Source: Eledone cirrhosa
Taxonomy: Eukaryota
Length of the DNA stretch: 64,000 nt
Reading direction: 5' to 3'
Assembly (NCBI GenBank): GCA_964016885.1
Contig: CAXHJY010001256.1
Coordinates: forward strand, 1 to 64,000
The notes under the pieces are model-generated. The model did no database searches, was not told the DNA's origin, and saw only the letters and a program-made list of their open reading frames with translations. Position 1 is the first letter of the stretch. Every line of letters starts with the position of its first letter. Made by a program: the position numbers and the translations under genes. Shown here piece by piece: positions 62,513 through 64,000 of the stretch.

Positions 62513-62992
62513 AGAATTCTCCAAATCAGGCCAGAAGACCTTAAGAAAAATCCTGGCTCCCGTCCGTCTCCAAAACGGGATGGTACTGTAAATAATGACT
62601 GTGGGCAGAAAGTTGCACTGTTTCGTCTGGAGAAACAATGCCTTTGTGAGCCTTCTGCTCTCGGCTCAAAAATGCAAGGGTCACAATCCTCCACTGCTAC
62701 TGATGCCGGGGTGGGGACCCCCACCAATACCACTAGCAGCAATACCAGCAGAAACAGCACTTCCAATGATGACTACCCAGGATAAAGATAAAGAAAGCTC
62801 TCCCATTCCCCCTCCCACCAAAATACACATTGACAAACACTTCCAGGCATAGTCACCTCATCTCCCAGTAGCGAATATGAGCCCCCCCCCCCAAAAAAAA
62901 AAACAAAAAAGGCACACAAAAAAAAAAAAAAAAAAAAAAAAAAACCATCACACACACAACAGAAAATGCAGACACCACACACAACACTAACA

Positions 62993-63493
62993 TATAGGGA
63001 GGATGAAGGGTCAAATAATTACTTATACCTTTTTACAACTACAAGTTGAAACATCCAAGGACCTTGTTACAAACAATTATAAGAAAATACCTCCGTCGCT
63101 GTGTTTGTTGCTTCGTACTTGCAGCAACAGGCTTCTCACTTCCATGGTATAAATATGTCTCTTTAACACTCAATTCTCTATAAATATAAATTTATTGTCT
63201 GTACAGACAATAGAATATCTCGAATAGCAGAGAGGCCGTAGAAGAAGAATTGACGAAATGTAGAACATGGTTTGTTGATAACTGTTCTGTTCCTCCTAAC
63301 AGGATTATAGGAGGATTATAGCAGGAGTTATCCTGTAGTAGGTCTTTTCATCTCCCTGATCTGCTTCATCTCTGTTCTCGTGTGCAGTGGTTTTCACGAG
63401 AAGATGACAATGTATTCATACGCGACTTTGGTCTGTTTAACCAAATTATATATGAAATGTTGCTATTGCGAGGTATGACTTAGTTCCACTACA
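62993..63493 (-). repeat. Unclassified ~500-bp interspersed repeat, copy 2 (inverted)
   Basis: Homologous to 57998-58520. Confidence 0.85.
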
Positions 63494-64000
63494 AACGCAT
63501 CCAAAACAACAACACCATCACCACCACAATCCCCCAAATGCAAACAAGTAAAACCACAACAAAACAAAACTGTGCTTATAAGAGCCAACAAGGAATTGAT
63601 GGTCCTCATAGCACTATAAGGCTTGTGGGACCACCCACATTAAACAAAGGGAAAAAAAAAAAAACCATCTTAATTTGGATTGCTAGTTCTATAACCATGG
63701 TAAAGGCAACTGTCTAGAAGATAACTCCCAATTGAAATCCAACTGCATTTTCACTTAAATACTAAGTTGAGATCTGGCATAAGATAAAACCTCCAAATAA
63801 GGGTGAGTAGAGACTGAGCAATGGCAGGCAGTCTGCTTAATGATGGTGTTTCAATGAAAATACCACTGGGAAGGAAATACTGACAATCCATAATTAAGGG
63901 AGTAGGAAATTAACTCACTTCCTATCAGACAGATTTTCAGAACTGCTACTGCAAACATCAGCACCATAACTGGTACATCCAGTGAGATTGTGGAGATGCT

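Noticed and set aside
62438-62852. Ser/Thr/Pro-rich ORFs near the window end as a host exon
   Set aside because: They start within an RTE tail; no recognisable domain or convincing splice sites.

Overview
AT-rich eukaryotic DNA, by inference from an octopod cephalopod (SINE/RTE repeat types and microsatellite load). One host gene can be reconstructed by hand on the + strand: an OCRL/INPP5B-family inositol polyphosphate 5-phosphatase. It has 20 in-frame coding exons from 15996 to the stop at 44765 (about 767 aa visible): Ser/Arg-rich linker, 5-phosphatase, ASH and RhoGAP-like domains. The N-terminal PH exons were not found. Two of its introns are minor-spliceosome (U12) type: one AT-AC (37434-38140) and one with rare AT-AG termini (40501-41421). 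The rest is mobile DNA. A ~9.6 kb degenerate (TA)n field holds CR1, two RTE-type LINE families and a SINE, including a twin-priming inversion and a 291-bp-arm palindrome. Elsewhere are a near-intact full-length RTE LINE with a PHD-like finger (50688-54405), a decayed mariner, hAT and piggyBac-type MITEs, and tRNA-derived SINEs. The RTE 3' UTR, shared with a SINE, carries a repeated GNRA-hairpin plus H-type pseudoknot module with compensatory changes. Most ORFs in the supplied track are microsatellite or antisense artefacts.
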